Source: Haliotis rubra (Eukaryota). From it: DNA of 64,000 nucleotides. The stretch is taken from positions 620,001-684,000 of the forward strand of contig NW_025767019.1 of NCBI RefSeq assembly GCF_003918875.1, written 5' to 3'. Position 1 is the stretch's first letter. Every line of letters begins with the position of its first letter. The notes under the pieces were generated by a model. That model was not told the origin of the DNA. It ran no database searches and was given only the letters and a program-made list of their open reading frames with translations. Made by a program: the position numbers and the translations under genes. Positions 47,263 through 64,000 of the stretch are shown here, one piece after another.

Positions 47263-47913
47263 ATCTACAAACTTCCAGATAACAAAACAGAGGTGCATAG
47301 TTATGTGTCTTTGTTGTCATATTGGAATTCCCAGCAGTATTAATCTGAAATGTCAGATCTCCAGATTAACAAGCTTTTAATGTATATGACTACAGCAGAT
47401 GTAAGAAGACACAATTACAGTCGGACGTTCTTTACCATTATGCACCACAGTGATAACACCCCATTCCATCAAGTGGGGTGTGTGTGATGCATCACACAGA
47501 AAAACATGTGGGTGGTGTGTGCTGCTAAAATTTATCACAAAAATTTAGGTTTGTTATTGATGTCTGTGTGTTAAATATTGTTACATAAAATGCAGATCAT
47601 CAAAATATGATACAGTCCTGAATACAAACCCACTGTCCCCTAACCCTCTGATAGAGAAATCCCTCCTGAATGTTAAACACTTGTTGAACATAAAAATCGT
47701 TTTATACTAAGTATATAAAATTCAACAATGGAACCAACATGAGCTGTAAGCATGCGGTAGTGATTGGTTGTCATGTTTGATTAAGTTCTCTCAGTACTCC
47801 CTTTCTTCATGCCAGGCTTCATTTGACATGTTAATATGCTACATACTCCCTCCATAGTTCAGATTATAAGGCACATTGGGTTCTTTGTTTCAAGATTCAT
47901 GAAAAACAATTGT

Positions 47914-50838
<2,925 letters not shown>

Positions 50839-51495
50839 ATTGCTGATTGAGATGCAAGAATCACTGAAATATAATCAATAACATGTATAACTAAACGAGA
50901 CACAGATTAACAATACTGTTATCAATACTTGGTGTTGTACAGAGACTGTAGCATTAATATGGTTATGGCTACTCAAAGTTCAGGAAACAAAGTTCACAGA
51001 ACACAAATTGGGGTTCAAAATGTTAACTTTTGAACTGAAAAAGACTGACCCATGGTTCTGTAAATAATAATAATAATAAAACATTTAAGAAATGTTCATT
51101 CTGTGAATTATTGCCAAACTTACAAGTAGAGGTGTTATTGTGGAAAACACCAACGTCAAATCCACTAATTTTGACAGTTCCGACTCTGTTCGCAGTTATT
51201 GCGTTCGTTGTGATCAGCACCTCACTGTTGTTCAATCTTCGATGTCTAAGGGCTTGAAAAATCACTATGACAATTACACAAGAGTGTTATCAGAACAGTC
51301 TCGTTCGTGTTCATGCGATATGACTAATGTCACGATCTTGTGTTTTGGTAAGCCAGATTTAGTTACCTACCTGTCTGTCACCTTTTGTTTACCTGCCCAC
51401 GTGCATCGGTGTTACTGAACTGTCCAACACAATGTCCAAATTATCGTGTATTCCGATTGTAATCTATCGAACTTACAAATTAAACCCGATCTTAC

Positions 51496-51674
51496 CTTAG
51501 CCCACCTGACAAGGGCGTGGCAAGTCCTGTGAGTTGGGGTACGTTCTCTTCCTGGTTCTCACCTGTACGTAAAACGTCACGAGTTTGGAGGTCACCCAAA
51601 TTTGCACCTGTACACAAAACGTCACGGATTCGGGGGTCATGGAATCATGACGTAAGCGGCAGTGTACGGTCAAC
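51496..51674. promoter_or_regulatory. Putative bidirectional promoter of MORN4 (-) and LCOR/E93 (+) with CRE-like sites
   Basis: Minus-strand donor (cttac at 51491-51495); duplicated cacctgtac..aaaacgtcacg (51560-51581 and 51605-51626); TGACGTAA at 51648-51655; CpG-rich. Confidence 0.55.
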
Positions 51675-51768
51675 ATGGTTGATTGCGGGAGCCCGCAGTG
51701 TGCTCAAGAGCGGCGAAATTTTAGGAAAGAATTACTCTCATGGAGCAAGAAAATTCCCGTCACCATTG
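51675..51768 (+). CDS. LCOR: First coding exon of an LCOR/LCORL/E93 (Eip93F, Mblk-1) family transcriptional regulator; remaining exons beyond a long intron, outside the window
   Basis: CAAC ATG G context; MVDCGSPQCAQERRNFRKELLSWSKKIPVTI G|GTAAGT matches the conserved N-terminus (vertebrate LCORL [20 protein letters not shown]..VG; insect E93 C..ARCVQERR..KKEL.RW.K). Confidence 0.8.
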
Positions 51769-54700
51769 GTAAGTGCCTTATTCTAACGATTCCGATAGTT
51801 TTCCGCCCTTTAGAAGTCTTCTGGGAGCCTGTTTGAGTCGGAAACTCGCGGCTCATCATTGTCAAATTTTCGCCAATATTTGGTCATCCCTGGGCTCGAT
51901 CGATACAACGGCACCTTCCGCAGTCAAAAAGAATACTGGCTTATTTTTTGGCGTCGTAGAGGACCAGGCAGTGAAATTGTTGCTTTGTTATCTCAGACTG
52001 TTGATTAAACCAGAACAAATCAAAATTTCCCGCTTTTCCGTGTAAGCTTACCTTGATGACTATACAAAATTGATCCTTTTTCACCCAAATTTCCCAAACC
52101 ATATTGTGCATCATTTTCATAACCGCCATATTTGTGCCCTTATAAAGATTCATCACAATAGCCATATCAAATTCATCTCCGGACATGGTTTCACAGGTGG
52201 GGGAATTATTTCGGTGAGGTTTTATATTTGGAAGTTTACCTTTGTGTTATTGATCTTTTTGTAACATAGGTAAGACGAACAACGATCGATGGCTTTTGAT
52301 GTAGGTTACTGTGCAAGACGTGACCTCGCCCGCACTATGCTAATGAGCCTGTTGAGCGGCTTACTCCGTAGCCTTGGTTTGGTGATGGTGCCACGCTTGG
52401 TGCCACAAGACGACAACAGTCACTGGGGGTGAGGTTTTGGAGGCAGGGGAGGGGCAAACGGATGGCTTGATGCGGACCACAGCTTACCGCAGGGCAGGAG
52501 AACTGCGACTAATAATTTATTTAAGAGATGTTTGGACATGTTTACAAATTTCGTAGATATGAGTTTTTGAATGTTTTTAATTATGATAATGCAGCTTGTT
52601 TATTGATTCTGTTGTAGTTTTCGTTCTGTCATTGTTGGAAGTGTATGGAGGTCACAGTCAGAGTATGTCTGTTTCCATTTTACTAACAGGCCAGTTCTTG
52701 AGTTGTCCTATGGGGAAATTATTTTTTAGGGACAGTTTGAGATTAGGAAAATGTCATATGTGGTTCTGAAGAGCTGGGGGGCATATGTAAATTAGATAAT
52801 GTTTTAGCAGCAGACTGTGTTTTTACATAATCAGATTTTGAGTTGAGAACAAATCATACAAGGAATTGTTTGGGTTTTAGTTGTTGGTATTTTTACAGTA
52901 CGAATGAGTTAAAATATCATCAGACCCAAATACCCATGTTTTTCTCACCTTACTTAGTGCCATTCCCATTGAGTATTGGCACACAGAAATCAACATGTTG
53001 GTTAGGCATCCCAAACATGGGCTACCGTGAATCATGGAATAGTGACTAACAACTGGATGGTTGCAAACCTTAAGCTGTTGAGTAATCATGGTGACGAGAA
53101 TGAAGAGCGATAATATTTTATGTATATTAATGAAAAGGGGATACAGTTTTTAAATTTCAAAATTAAGATTTTGATGTAAATCATAAAGATCATAGACTAT
53201 GGATCCTTGCATGGAATGCAACACAGTGTATTGTATGTATCCCTAGGTAGGAAAACTTTAAAAACAAATGTTCCAAACTTGTGATTTTCTTACTATAAGA
53301 CGTATCTTCTTTCAAGGAAGAATGTACAAATATGCATATTATAATTCCAAACTTGGGATTTGAATGATGGTTCTTATCTTTTAATCCTAGGAAGGTTCTT
53401 TGTTCAAAGAATATCTGACTATGCATGGAACCTTTTCAGTCTTCTTTATGAATTTGTTTGTTTTGAAATTTAAGTCAACTCTGCAAAACCATAACATTGG
53501 TTACCATATAACTCTTTCAACATAGGTTTGGGCATTTTTTAATTTAGACTAAGGAATTTGTGTTGATATTTGTTGCCTCTGAGGAAGTGGTTAAACTGTA
53601 AAGGATTGTTTTCAGATGGCTGTGGCATCTTTGCTATGGGTGAGTGGTGGTATGGTGGGGATTGTTATGATTCCTAATGGTATGGGTTCGGTTGGGGGTT
53701 TATTATAATTCCTAATGCTTCCTGCCAACTGAAATTTAACTTGGATTATCGACATCTATAGCTGGTCGGTGTGTGACCATCCAAAGGCTGTAAGGGTCAG
53801 AACCATCTCAACTTGTGGACCTGCCATAGATAAATAATACTTGGAAGCTGATCAGAAAGATGGCATAGACATGTTGAAAAATTAGCAGTAAGTTCTATCA
53901 TGGCAATGTTGGAAAAATTAAACTTTAATTCCTGTTCTGGAAATGATGAAAAAATTTAACAGTAATTTCTATAATGGAAATATTGAAAAAAATTGAACTT
54001 TTATTTCTATAATGAAAATGCTGAAAAAATGAAACAGGAAGTTTAATTATGGAAATGTTAAAACACTGTAGATAATGTGTTTTATCATGATAAATGATGT
54101 ATATGAATATCAGCATTAATATGTATGAGTAACACAGTCATATGGTTGAAGGGTTGTGTGGACACAGGTTTAAGTATACACAATAAAACTGGATTTCAAG
54201 TTCCTGGTTGAAAGGGGGATAGCCAGGGGCATTTAATATACAATAGATTTGTTTTGTAGCATTAACATGACAGCAGGTTATAGCTCAGTCTAAACAGGTT
54301 CAATAATAGCATATTATATTTTCTGAAATAGTTGTTTTTAAGTTCACTGAGTCCGAAAGATTTTGCACATTATCACCTTTGTCTGAATGATCTCATGTCA
54401 TTCAATCAAGAAGCTTTATATATTTTGTACCGTTCCCAAATTTAGAAAAATAAATTAAGGGCACAATTTAACACATTTTAAACAATATTTTGACCTCTAT
54501 AATATATATTAGGCATATGCACTCACAATTAATGCTGTAAAAGACTTATTATCCCTTACGACTTGCCTGACATTGATAATTGAAACTTTGAGGCGAACAG
54601 CTTCCAAACAAAACACTTGCCATGTACGGAATGTAAACAATTGCTCCGTACATCGAAAACTGTCACACACGGTGTTGTTGGTGTTTGCCGAACTGGTTGA

Positions 54701-57027
54701 TATTCGTAAAGAGCGCTCCAAGGGACATAACTATATGGTGTTCGCTTAAAATAATGGTCAGCCGATAGAGAGCATGCGGGTCGATTCAATGCAACGTTAC
54801 ATTAATTCATTTGAACCTTTTACTTTATGTTGTAATCTAAATACGTTTTTTGGATAAAGTGTAAGGTAGCTTCCCTGAGGGCTGATAGTTAGTATTATTG
54901 AGAGAAATGAATTATGTATTTTTAGAGAAGTGTGGTGTGAAATAGTGCCCTTAACAACAGTCTGTCAGTATCACAGAAAAGACAACCTGTAGAAATACAA
55001 GATGTTTTGGCATATATTTATTTCCTGTTTTCTTTCCTTAACTTATAAACAGGAATTAAACAGTTATTTTAGGGCTTGTTATCACGATGCTGGTTGTCGT
55101 CAGACCTGCTGAATGAGATTTCGTGATCAGTCAGCAGTGGTAAAATTCAGAGAATTCATGTCCTGCTTAAAATTCTTTTAATGTGGATGAAATCTGCAAG
55201 TAGAAAATTTCACAATTGTTCACAATGTACTGTATTTTTGTATCTTGGGTCCTTTACAGAAGTTTGTGCCCAATAATTATATTATTATATCATATGTAAT
55301 ATTTTTCAGCCAAAGTAATGGCTTGGTATGGTTCACTGAGTCTGTACTAAACTCAACCTATACCAGTGTAAAACACTTCGCACAATAATTGTCTTGAACA
55401 AACTTGTTTAATCAGCATACTGCATTTGTCATAGCTTATTAGAAAAGTTATTAAATCTTCAAAGATTATGACATGAAATATTACTCAAAAGAAAATTAAG
55501 AAATAATCATACATCACTCTTTTCAAGTATGAACAACAGTTTTGTACTCGTCCAGACATATAATATTTTCCCTTGAACAATGAATTGTTAGCTGTTATGT
55601 GTCCTAAGTAAATATTAATAATTTCTGCAATCTTTCTTATATATATTTCCTCAAAGTAATTATTTTTTTCCATCTTTATTCATGCCTGCCTATTAATGCT
55701 CACATGCTCAAGCATGAGCCTTGAACATTTTTTTACAAGTAATATCATTGTTGAAAAAATCTTTTCATCCTGTTTAGTGTTCAAAGCGTGTTTTTCCTCG
55801 TCAACCACACCATCCCCTACTTGAAACATATTTCGGCCTTTTCTTCACATAATCATTTACTTTCTCCGTCACATTTGAGTGTATGTAACAAGTCACAACC
55901 AAAATGGCAATATAATGACCTATCTTTAATAATTTGTTTCGCCCTTCTGTGCAAACACATTTTTCTGTTTGATTCTGCCAAATACACTGTCTGTTTTTTT
56001 CATAAATGAGTGTATTTTATTATCATCACTAAGAACTTGAAAGATATGAAAATATATTTTTTAGTTCAAATTTTTCCTGTACATATTTAAATTTCTTTTA
56101 TTAAAGATGAATTTGTCTGATTGAAATATGTTCTTGCCCCAAGTGTTTGTTCACTTCAGCTTCACAATGTAAATGTGGCCAGTCTTAAATCCTAACGGTG
56201 TAATGATACAGTTTATCAATTTCTAAGAATATGTGTCCTTGCATATCATGTTTTATTGATTTAACATTTTTTTATTGAAAACAAGTTTTATTGAATAATG
56301 CCATGGTGAAGACACCTAGCTTAAGGCTTTCTCCCCTACAGTATCCCATTTCCGTTCTTGAAATTTGAAAGAAGATGGCGTATGAGCGCTTGAAGTAAGA
56401 GTATTGTATCAGGATACAAACTGTATGACACTCAAATGATTGGTGTACATATTGTATCATGGTTTCGTTGTATCTTAACTCCCCTGTAAATGCAAGCGGA
56501 TGAGTGGATTTTTCAAGACTATGAACAGTTTGACTTGAATGTTTGGATTTGAGCTTCCTGTGGGCAAGAGAGAAACTTCTATGCATTTATGTTGTTTATG
56601 TTTATTTATCTGAAGATCGAAGGGCTATTACCTGAAAAGGATAAAGAAATCTGGTAAATACCAGATATATTGTGAGATATAATCAAATGCAGATAATAAA
56701 CTTGCACTAACTTTTCACATAGCACATGAAAAACATGAAATTTGTTTACAAATCCGGGTTACTTAAGTGTGCCAAAAGTGTGTCTAACCACAACGTTCAA
56801 TAAAGAAAAATGGGTACAAAGTGTTACATGGCAGAAAAAGTAAGAAATCGTATTACAGGCATGGCCTATTGCAGTTGCAAGACACCAGTAAATCTAAAAG
56901 TGTGATATCCCAATGGGTGCAGTGTTTCCGTTATAGTATGACCAGAAATTATTGAGAATTTTAGGAATATGTTTAATTGGATTTCTAGTATAAACAACCT
57001 TGACCAGCTTTCAAGTGCTAGGGTTTC

Positions 57028-57196
57028 GTGCGGTGGGTAGACTAATGGTTAAAGCTTTGGCTCGTCACGCGCCCGAAGACCCGGGTTCGAATCCCCACAT
57101 GGGTACTATGTTTGAAGCCCATTTCTGCTGTCCCCTGCCTTGATGTTGCTGGAATATTGCTAAAAGCGGCGTAAAACCAAACTCAGTCAGTCAGTG
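57028..57196 (+). mobile_element. Short tRNA-derived SINE (family 1) nested in Tc1
   Basis: B box GGTTCGAATCC, family body and (cagt)n tail; flanked by an imperfect direct repeat agtgct(a/t)g(g)gtttc. Confidence 0.85.
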
Positions 57197-57306
57197 CTTG
57201 GTTTCATTCAAGAGAGACAAATCCATTAATCCGTTTTCATTAGTTTGTGAAGAGTTATTCCCCTTTGTTTACTTGCTAGCAGATGACATTTTCAGTGATC
57301 CTCAGT

Positions 57307-58270
57307 ATGGATGATTTAGAGAAGAGGAAGTTGATTTTAGAGTATTGTAACAAGGATATCAGATCAGCTAAAGTGATTTCAAGTAGAACAGGCATCCCTT
57401 TGTCCACTGTTTATTGTGTTTTGAAAAATATTGCAAATGGATATGGCATTGAGCACCAGGGAGGCGCAGGTAGGCCCAGAAAATTGACTGACGGTGACAG
57501 GAGGTGGCTTGGTATTCTTGTTTCTAAAAACAAACGAAGGAGTTTAGAAAACGTAAGGCTGGATATCATTGATAGAGGAACTGTGGCTGTCTGTAAGGAG
57601 ACAATTAGAACTGAGCTGCATGCAATGGTTTGGCAGAAAAGTCGAGGAATTCCATCACCAATCATGAAACCTGAACAAAAGGAGCGAAGGTTGAACTGGT
57701 GCTTACAGCATAGAAATTTTAACTGGGACAATGTGATTTTCTCAGATGAAAGATCTCTGTGGCTGTTTCCTAATACACTGAAATTCTTGACCAAACAAAC
57801 TGAAAAACCTTTGTATCAGCACCCAAAGTACAGTCCGAAATTTAACGTGTGTTGTGGCATATCTGTGTTAGGGGCAACGCCCCTCTGTGTATTTGAAGGG
57901 AATAGGAACAGTGAGCGGTACACAGATATTCTCGAGGGACATTTACTTCGATCTGCTCACGTGGATTTTCCAGCAGGACAACAATCCAAAACATCGTTCA
58001 AAGCATTCACAGGCCTGGTTTCGGACCCAAAATATGACATTATTAGATTGGCCAAGCTATAGCCCTGACCTAAATCCAATAGAAAATGTTTGGGGACTTA
58101 TGAAGGAAAGTGTCAATAAGAAAAATCTGACAAATATTGCTGAAATGAAAGAAGAGGTGGTCCGATATTGGGACAGCATGGACCACGACTTTCTAACTTC
58201 TTTGATCAGTAGTATGCCCCGCTGCATTGAAGCCTGCATTGCTGCCCATGGTGACTTGACAAAATACTAA
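57307..58270 (+). pseudogene. Tc1 transposase with a deletion/frameshift near 57960
   Basis: The overlapping ORFs 57283-58062 and 57887-58270 each carry part of the DDE domain. Confidence 0.85.
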
Positions 58271-60002
58271 CTGTTCACCTGTCTTTGAATCTGGAGTTAT
58301 GTTCTGCTAATATGCACATTTAATAGGTGAGTACTGAGTGAAAAAAAAAAAAAATTACAATCTTAAATTCTCAATAATTTCTGGTTTTCCTGTGTCTCTG
58401 GTATATATTGGACTTTGACCGGTACAAAGTTAGAATGTGCAGTAATTTCAAAGGCTGTCGGTCATCGTGTCTGGCAAATTTTAAAATCAATTTTCTAATT
58501 AACTCTGTCAATTTTATTTCTCCTCGAAAAAGATTACGTTTTCACAATGACATTGAGGTGTTGTCAACTAAAGACTAGCAGTTTTGGAAAACTCCAAGGA
58601 TAAAAATAGCAGCATTGATGCATTGCGCTAGCCTCTACAATTCTGATTGGCTGTTAGGGTGCAAGGTCTCGTGCACAATGAAAAGCGTGATCACTTGACC
58701 AGTAAAATTTACAAGTGACCGGTATTTGAAATGCTAGCCAGTCACAATGTCCAGCTGTAAAAATATGCCAGCGGAAACACTGGGATGGAACCTTATCTGC
58801 AAACGGATGGCTTTAACCCTAGGGTGGGTAGAGGAAGGCCTAGAAGTACCACCTCCCCAGCAGGATCCAATTGTTCACACAGTTGTGTTGAACAGATTCA
58901 TTTTTGCACAAAAACTTGAGAACAACTTCAAATCTGTCACGGGAATTTAACCTTGAAGAAATTCAGTTGAAACAGACTGAAAAATTCAGGTCTGAAATCA
59001 AGATGTCCTCCAGAGACATACATAGGCCATTGTAGACTGTGGCGCTCAACACCAGCATGTTTGAAGTCAGCATGGAGAGGCTGCTCTCCTGCAGCAGCCT
59101 GTGTGGTAGGTATGCTGGTGGCAGCATCATGGCATTACATCAACAGGATAGATCTGACGATTGTGTACAGGAACATGACCGGAAAACATTATGTGGACCT
59201 TGGATATTTCATTTGGTCATCATCAGATTTTGCCTGATGTGGAGTCGGAAATTTGAGTTCCTGGGCCCCGTTCCTCAAAGCGACCGTAGTTCTACCACAT
59301 TCGTAAGTCTATGTTGAAGTATGGGAGTTACGATCATCTTAGCATTGCGATCGCTTTGAGGAATGGGGCCCAGAATGGCAAAGTAGAGTTCATGTTGCAG
59401 TGGACTGAATCAGCAAGATGTCCACATATTGTCCTGGCCTGTCAAACTACCAGACGTGTCACCATTTTCTCTTTCTTTCTTTTTTTATCTTTTTTCTTTC
59501 TTTTTTTTTTTCTTCCAGATAAAGACCTGTTATATTTAGAGGTCCATGCCCAACCTGTCACCATTTTCACTTGTTTCTTGGGATTGTGCAGCAGTGTTTA
59601 GTAACCTGGGGTGGATAGAAGCATTCTGACATTTATGTTTATGGGAAAAGATAGGATATTTTGAACAGACTATTTGACTTGTAGAGTTGCCTTTGGATGA
59701 TGATAGAGCAAGACTCCTTTTCAAATAAGTACAGAGCTATATGTGTTTCTCCTGTCATTATCCCATTGTTCCATCTTGGCTATTTATATTTGGTTGGATT
59801 AACCTATTACCATGTACACAACTAGAGTAATTGATGTAATTACTCAATTACAAATCAAACAATGCCATCGACATGAAAAGCACATGGTAGATTTAATGAC
59901 ATTGGATGATGTCTGCATGAGATAGAGTTGTGATGAGAATGCAGGACTTCAAGAGAGTTTTAATTGAGATACATGTATTTGAGATAGGAAGAACACATTT
60001 GT

Positions 60003-60790
60003 GAGAGTTTTATTATGGACACATCTGTTGGAGATGGGATGTTGGCCTTCATGAGGGTTTTATTATGGACACATCTATTGAGATGGGATGTTGGCCTTCA
60101 TGAGAGTTTTATTATGGACACATCTGTTGGAGATGGGATGTTGGCCTTCATGAGCGTTTTATTATGGACACATCTGTTGGAGATGGGATGTTGGCCTTCA
60201 TGAGAGTTTTATTATGGACACATCTATTGGAGATGGGATGTTGGCCTTCATGAGAGTTTTATTATGGACACATCTGTTGGAGATGGGATGTTGGCCTTCA
60301 TGAGCGCTTTTCTATTATGGACACATGAGAGTATTGAGATGGATGTTGGCCTTCATGAGAGTTTTATTATGGACACATCTGTTGGAGATGGGATGTTGGC
60401 CTTCATGAGAGTTTTATTATGGACACATCTGTTGGAGATGGGATGTTGGCCTTCATGAGGGTTTTATTATGGACACATCTATTGGAGATGAGATGTTGGC
60501 CTTCATGAGCGTTTTATTATGGACACATCTGTTGGAGATGGGATGTTGGCCTTCATGAGCGTTTTATTATGGACACATCTGTTGGAGATGAGATGTTGGC
60601 CTTCATGAGAGTTTTATTATGGACACATCCATTAGAGATGGGATGTTGGCCTTCATGAGGGTTTTATTATGGACACATCTGTTGGAGATGGGATGTTGGC
60701 CTTCATGAGAGTTTTATTATGGACACATCCATTAGAGATGGGATGTTGGCCTTCTTGAGAGTTTTATCACGGACACATCCATTAGAGATT
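60003..60790. repeat. 50-bp minisatellite (~16 copies)
   Basis: Unit gagagttttattatggacacatctgttggagatgggatgttggccttcat. Confidence 0.93.
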
Positions 60791-61146
60791 ATATTTATTT
60801 ATTGTTGGTAATGTACATGGATGTACCTGGTCCTGTGTGAAAGAGACAAATATATTTCTTGTTTTTACATTTTCAAGATACATAAAATACATACAATGTT
60901 AATATTAATGAATGGCTTTTGGTTGATTATTGATATTATAACATCCACACAGCCCTTTAGAATGTTCCTAACCTTTATACCTAACTTTCAAACTCTAGAT
61001 ATTAAAAACATATAATTCATGGTTGTGATGCAAATCATATCACACCATATATTATCTTAACACCATGTATAATCATGATGATCATCAACAAACTAACAGT
61101 AGCTGTCCCATTGTACTACCAAGCCTGTCTGTTGTGTAACAGGTTA

Positions 61147-63812
61147 TCCCATACAGTAGCTATCCCTTGTGTACCATACTGTCTCCCCGTAGTATAACAC
61201 ACTGTAATCAGCAACAGATTAACCCACACACTCTCCCTGTAGTATAACACACTGTGTAATCAGCAACAGATTAACCCACACAGTTGCTATCCCTTGTGTA
61301 CCATACTGTCTCCCTGTAGTATAACATTGTGTAATCAGCAACAGATTAACCCACACAGTAGCTATCCCTTGTGTACCATACTGTCTCCCCGTAGTATAAC
61401 ACACTGTAATCAGCAACAGATTAACCCATACAGTAGCTATCCCTTGTGTACCACACTGTCTCCCTGTAGTATAACATTGTGTAATCAGCAACAGATTAAC
61501 CCATACAGTAGCTATCCCTTGTGTACCACACTGTCTCCCTGTAGTATAACACAGTGTGTACAATCAGCAACAGATTAACCCACACAGTAGCTATCCCTTG
61601 TGTACCACACTGTCTCCCTGTAGTATAATACTGTGTAATCAGCAACAAATTAACCCACTCACTCTCCCTGTAGTATAACACACTGTGTAATCAGCAACAG
61701 ATTAACCCATACAGTAGCTATCCCTTGTGTACCACACTGTCTCCCTGTAGTATAACATTGTGTAATCAGCAACAGATTAACCCATACAGTAGCTATCCCT
61801 TGTGTACCACACTGTCCCTGTAGTATAACACACTGTGTAATCAGCAACAGATTAACCCACACAGTAGCTATCCCTGGTGTACCAGACTGTCTCCCTGTAG
61901 TATAGCACAGTGTGTAATCAGCAACAGATTAACCCACACAGTAGCTATCCCTAGTGTACCACACTGTCTCCCTGTAGTATAACATTGTGTAATCAGCAAC
62001 AGATTAACCCATACAGTAGCTATCCCTTGTGTACCACACTGTCTCCCTGTAGTATAACATTGTGTAATCAGCAACAGATTAACCCACACACTCTCCCTGT
62101 AGTATAACACACTGTGTAATCAGCAACAGATTAACCCATACAGTAGCTATCCCTTGTGTACCACACTGTCTCCCTGTAGTATAACATTGTGTAATCAGCA
62201 ACAGATTAACCCACTCACTCTCCCTTAGTATAGCACAGTGTGTAATCAGCAACAGATTAACCCATACAGTAGCTATCCCTAGTGTACCACACTGTCTCCC
62301 TGTAGTATAACATTGTGTAATCAGCAACAGATTAACCCATACAGTAGCTATCCCTTGTGTACCACACTGTCTCCCTGTAGTATAACATTGTGTAATCAGC
62401 AACAGATTAACCCACACACTCTCCCTGTAGTATAACACACTGTGTATTCAGCAACAGATTAACCCATACAGTAGCTATCCCTTGTGTACCACACTGTCTC
62501 CCTGTACCACACTGTCTCCCAACAGTAACCCACTATAACTCACTGTGTAATCAGCAACAGATTAACCCACACAGTAGCTATCCCTTGTGTACCACACTGT
62601 CTCCCTGTAATATAACATTGTGTAATCAGCAACAGATTAACCCACTCACTCTCCCTTAGTATAGCACAGTGTGTAATCAGCAACAGATTAACCCATACAG
62701 TAGCTATCCCTAGTGTACCACACTGTCTCCCTGTAGTATAACACACTGTGTAATCAGCAACAGATTAACCCACACAGTAGCTATCCCTTGTGTACCACAC
62801 TGTCTCCCTGTAGTATAACATTGTGTAATCAGCAACAGATTAACCCACACAGTAGCTATCCCTTGTGTACCACACTGTCTCCCTGTAGTATAGCACAGTG
62901 TGTAATCAGCAACAGATTAACCCACACAGTAGCTATCCCTTGTGTACCACACTGTCTCCCTGTAGTATAACATTGTGTAATCAGCAACAGATTAACCCAC
63001 ACAGTAGCTATCCCTTGTGTACCACACTGTCTCCCTGTAGTATAACATTGTGTAATCAGCAACAGATTAACCCACACAGTAGCTATCCCTTGTGTACCAC
63101 ACTGTCTCCCTGTAGTATAACACACTGTGTAATCAGCAACAGATTAACCCATACAGTAGCTATCCCTTGTGTACCACACTGTCTCCTGTAGTATAACACA
63201 CTGTGTAATCAGCAACAGATTAACCCACACAGTAGCTATCCCTTGTGTACCACACTGTCTTCCTGTAGTATAGCACAGTGTGTAATCAGCAACAGATTAA
63301 CCCATACAGTAGCTATCCCTTGTGTACCACACTGTCTCCCTGTAGTATAACACAGTGTGTAATCAGCAACAGATTAACCCACACAGTAGCTATCCCTTGT
63401 GTACCACACTGTCTCCCTGTAGTATAACATTGTGTAATCAGCAACAGATTAACCCACACAGTAGTTATCCCTTGTGTACCACACTGTCTCCCTGTAGTAT
63501 AACAGTGTGTAATCAGCAACAGATTAACCCACACAGTAGCTATCCCTTGTGTACCACACTGTCTCCCTGTAGTATAACAGTGTGTAATCAGCAACAGATT
63601 AACCCACACAGTAGCTATCCCTTGTGTACCACACTGTCTCCCTGTAGTATAACATTGTGTAATCAGCAACAGATTAACCCACACAGTAGCTATCCCTTGT
63701 GTACCACACTGTCTCCCTGTAGTATAACATTGTGTAATCAGCAACAGATTAACCCAGACAGTAGCTATCCCTTGTGTACCATACTGTCTCCCTGTAGTAT
63801 AACACACAGATT
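61147..63812. repeat. ~75-bp satellite array with internally deleted variants
   Basis: Unit gtgtaatcagcaacagattaacccacacagtagctatcccttgtgtaccacactgtctccctgtagtataacatt. Confidence 0.95.
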
Positions 63813-64000
63813 AACTTTCTGTATCATCACCCCAGAAAGTATCAACATGATCAACACGGGGTATATTTCTTGTATTGTCACTCATTGTGGAAATTGTTGG
63901 AAACTATCTTGAAATAGCTACTCCTATTCAATCATCATGATCAACAGGACATATTTCATATATTTCCCTATTTCGTCAGAAAGTAGGGAGGCTTGTATCT

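Larger units (their letters stand above)
56934..58392 (+). mobile_element. Tc1-family DNA transposon (DD34E), defective
   Basis: TIR core accagaaattattgagaattt at 56941 and its reverse complement at 58365-58385; transposase with HTH/GRPRK, IFSDE and FQQDNNPKH..SPDLNPIENVW (34 residues between D and E). Confidence 0.9.

Noticed and set aside
51941-52186. Minus-strand 81-aa ORF with a GTAAGC donor
   Set aside because: No recognisable homology and no in-frame continuation; it lies in the LCOR intron.
58990-59105. Candidate second LCOR/E93 exon (AG|GT CTG AAA..)
   Set aside because: The phase fits, but the translation (GLKSRCPPETY..) lacks the expected G-[LF]-E-x-I-x-E motif.
60015-63912. ORFs in the 50-bp and 75-bp arrays
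   Set aside because: Periodic translations of satellites, without splice or homology support.

Overview
Eukaryotic, intron-rich, repeat-rich invertebrate DNA. The SINE-like repeats look molluscan, plausibly abalone; this is inference. Reading splice sites by hand gives four genes, which the ORF track mostly misses because of short exons and scattered 1-bp indels that look like assembly errors. (1) R3HCC1/R3HCC1L co-orthologue on the minus strand, 3' end off the left edge, apparently starting at a CUG codon like human R3HCC1. (2) Head-to-head with it, a 19-exon plus-strand gene of about 863 aa with the architecture [2x ubiquitin-like repeat]-TIR(catalytic Glu)-TIR(Glu->Gln)-SLOG. This joins the signal-making and signal-sensing domain types of bacterial Thoeris defence in one animal protein and is the top candidate for an undescribed system. 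(3) MORN4 on the minus strand. (4) Head-to-head with MORN4, the first coding exon of an LCOR/LCORL/E93 (Mblk-1) homologue. Mobile DNA includes a DIRS tyrosine-recombinase retroelement with terminal inverted repeats and an internal complementary region, a Tc1 (DD34E) copy, an RTE-type LINE, a Kolobok-like MITE, several SINEs and Penelope-like remnants with hammerhead-like cores. Three minisatellite arrays are tandem amplifications of real exon-intron junctions.
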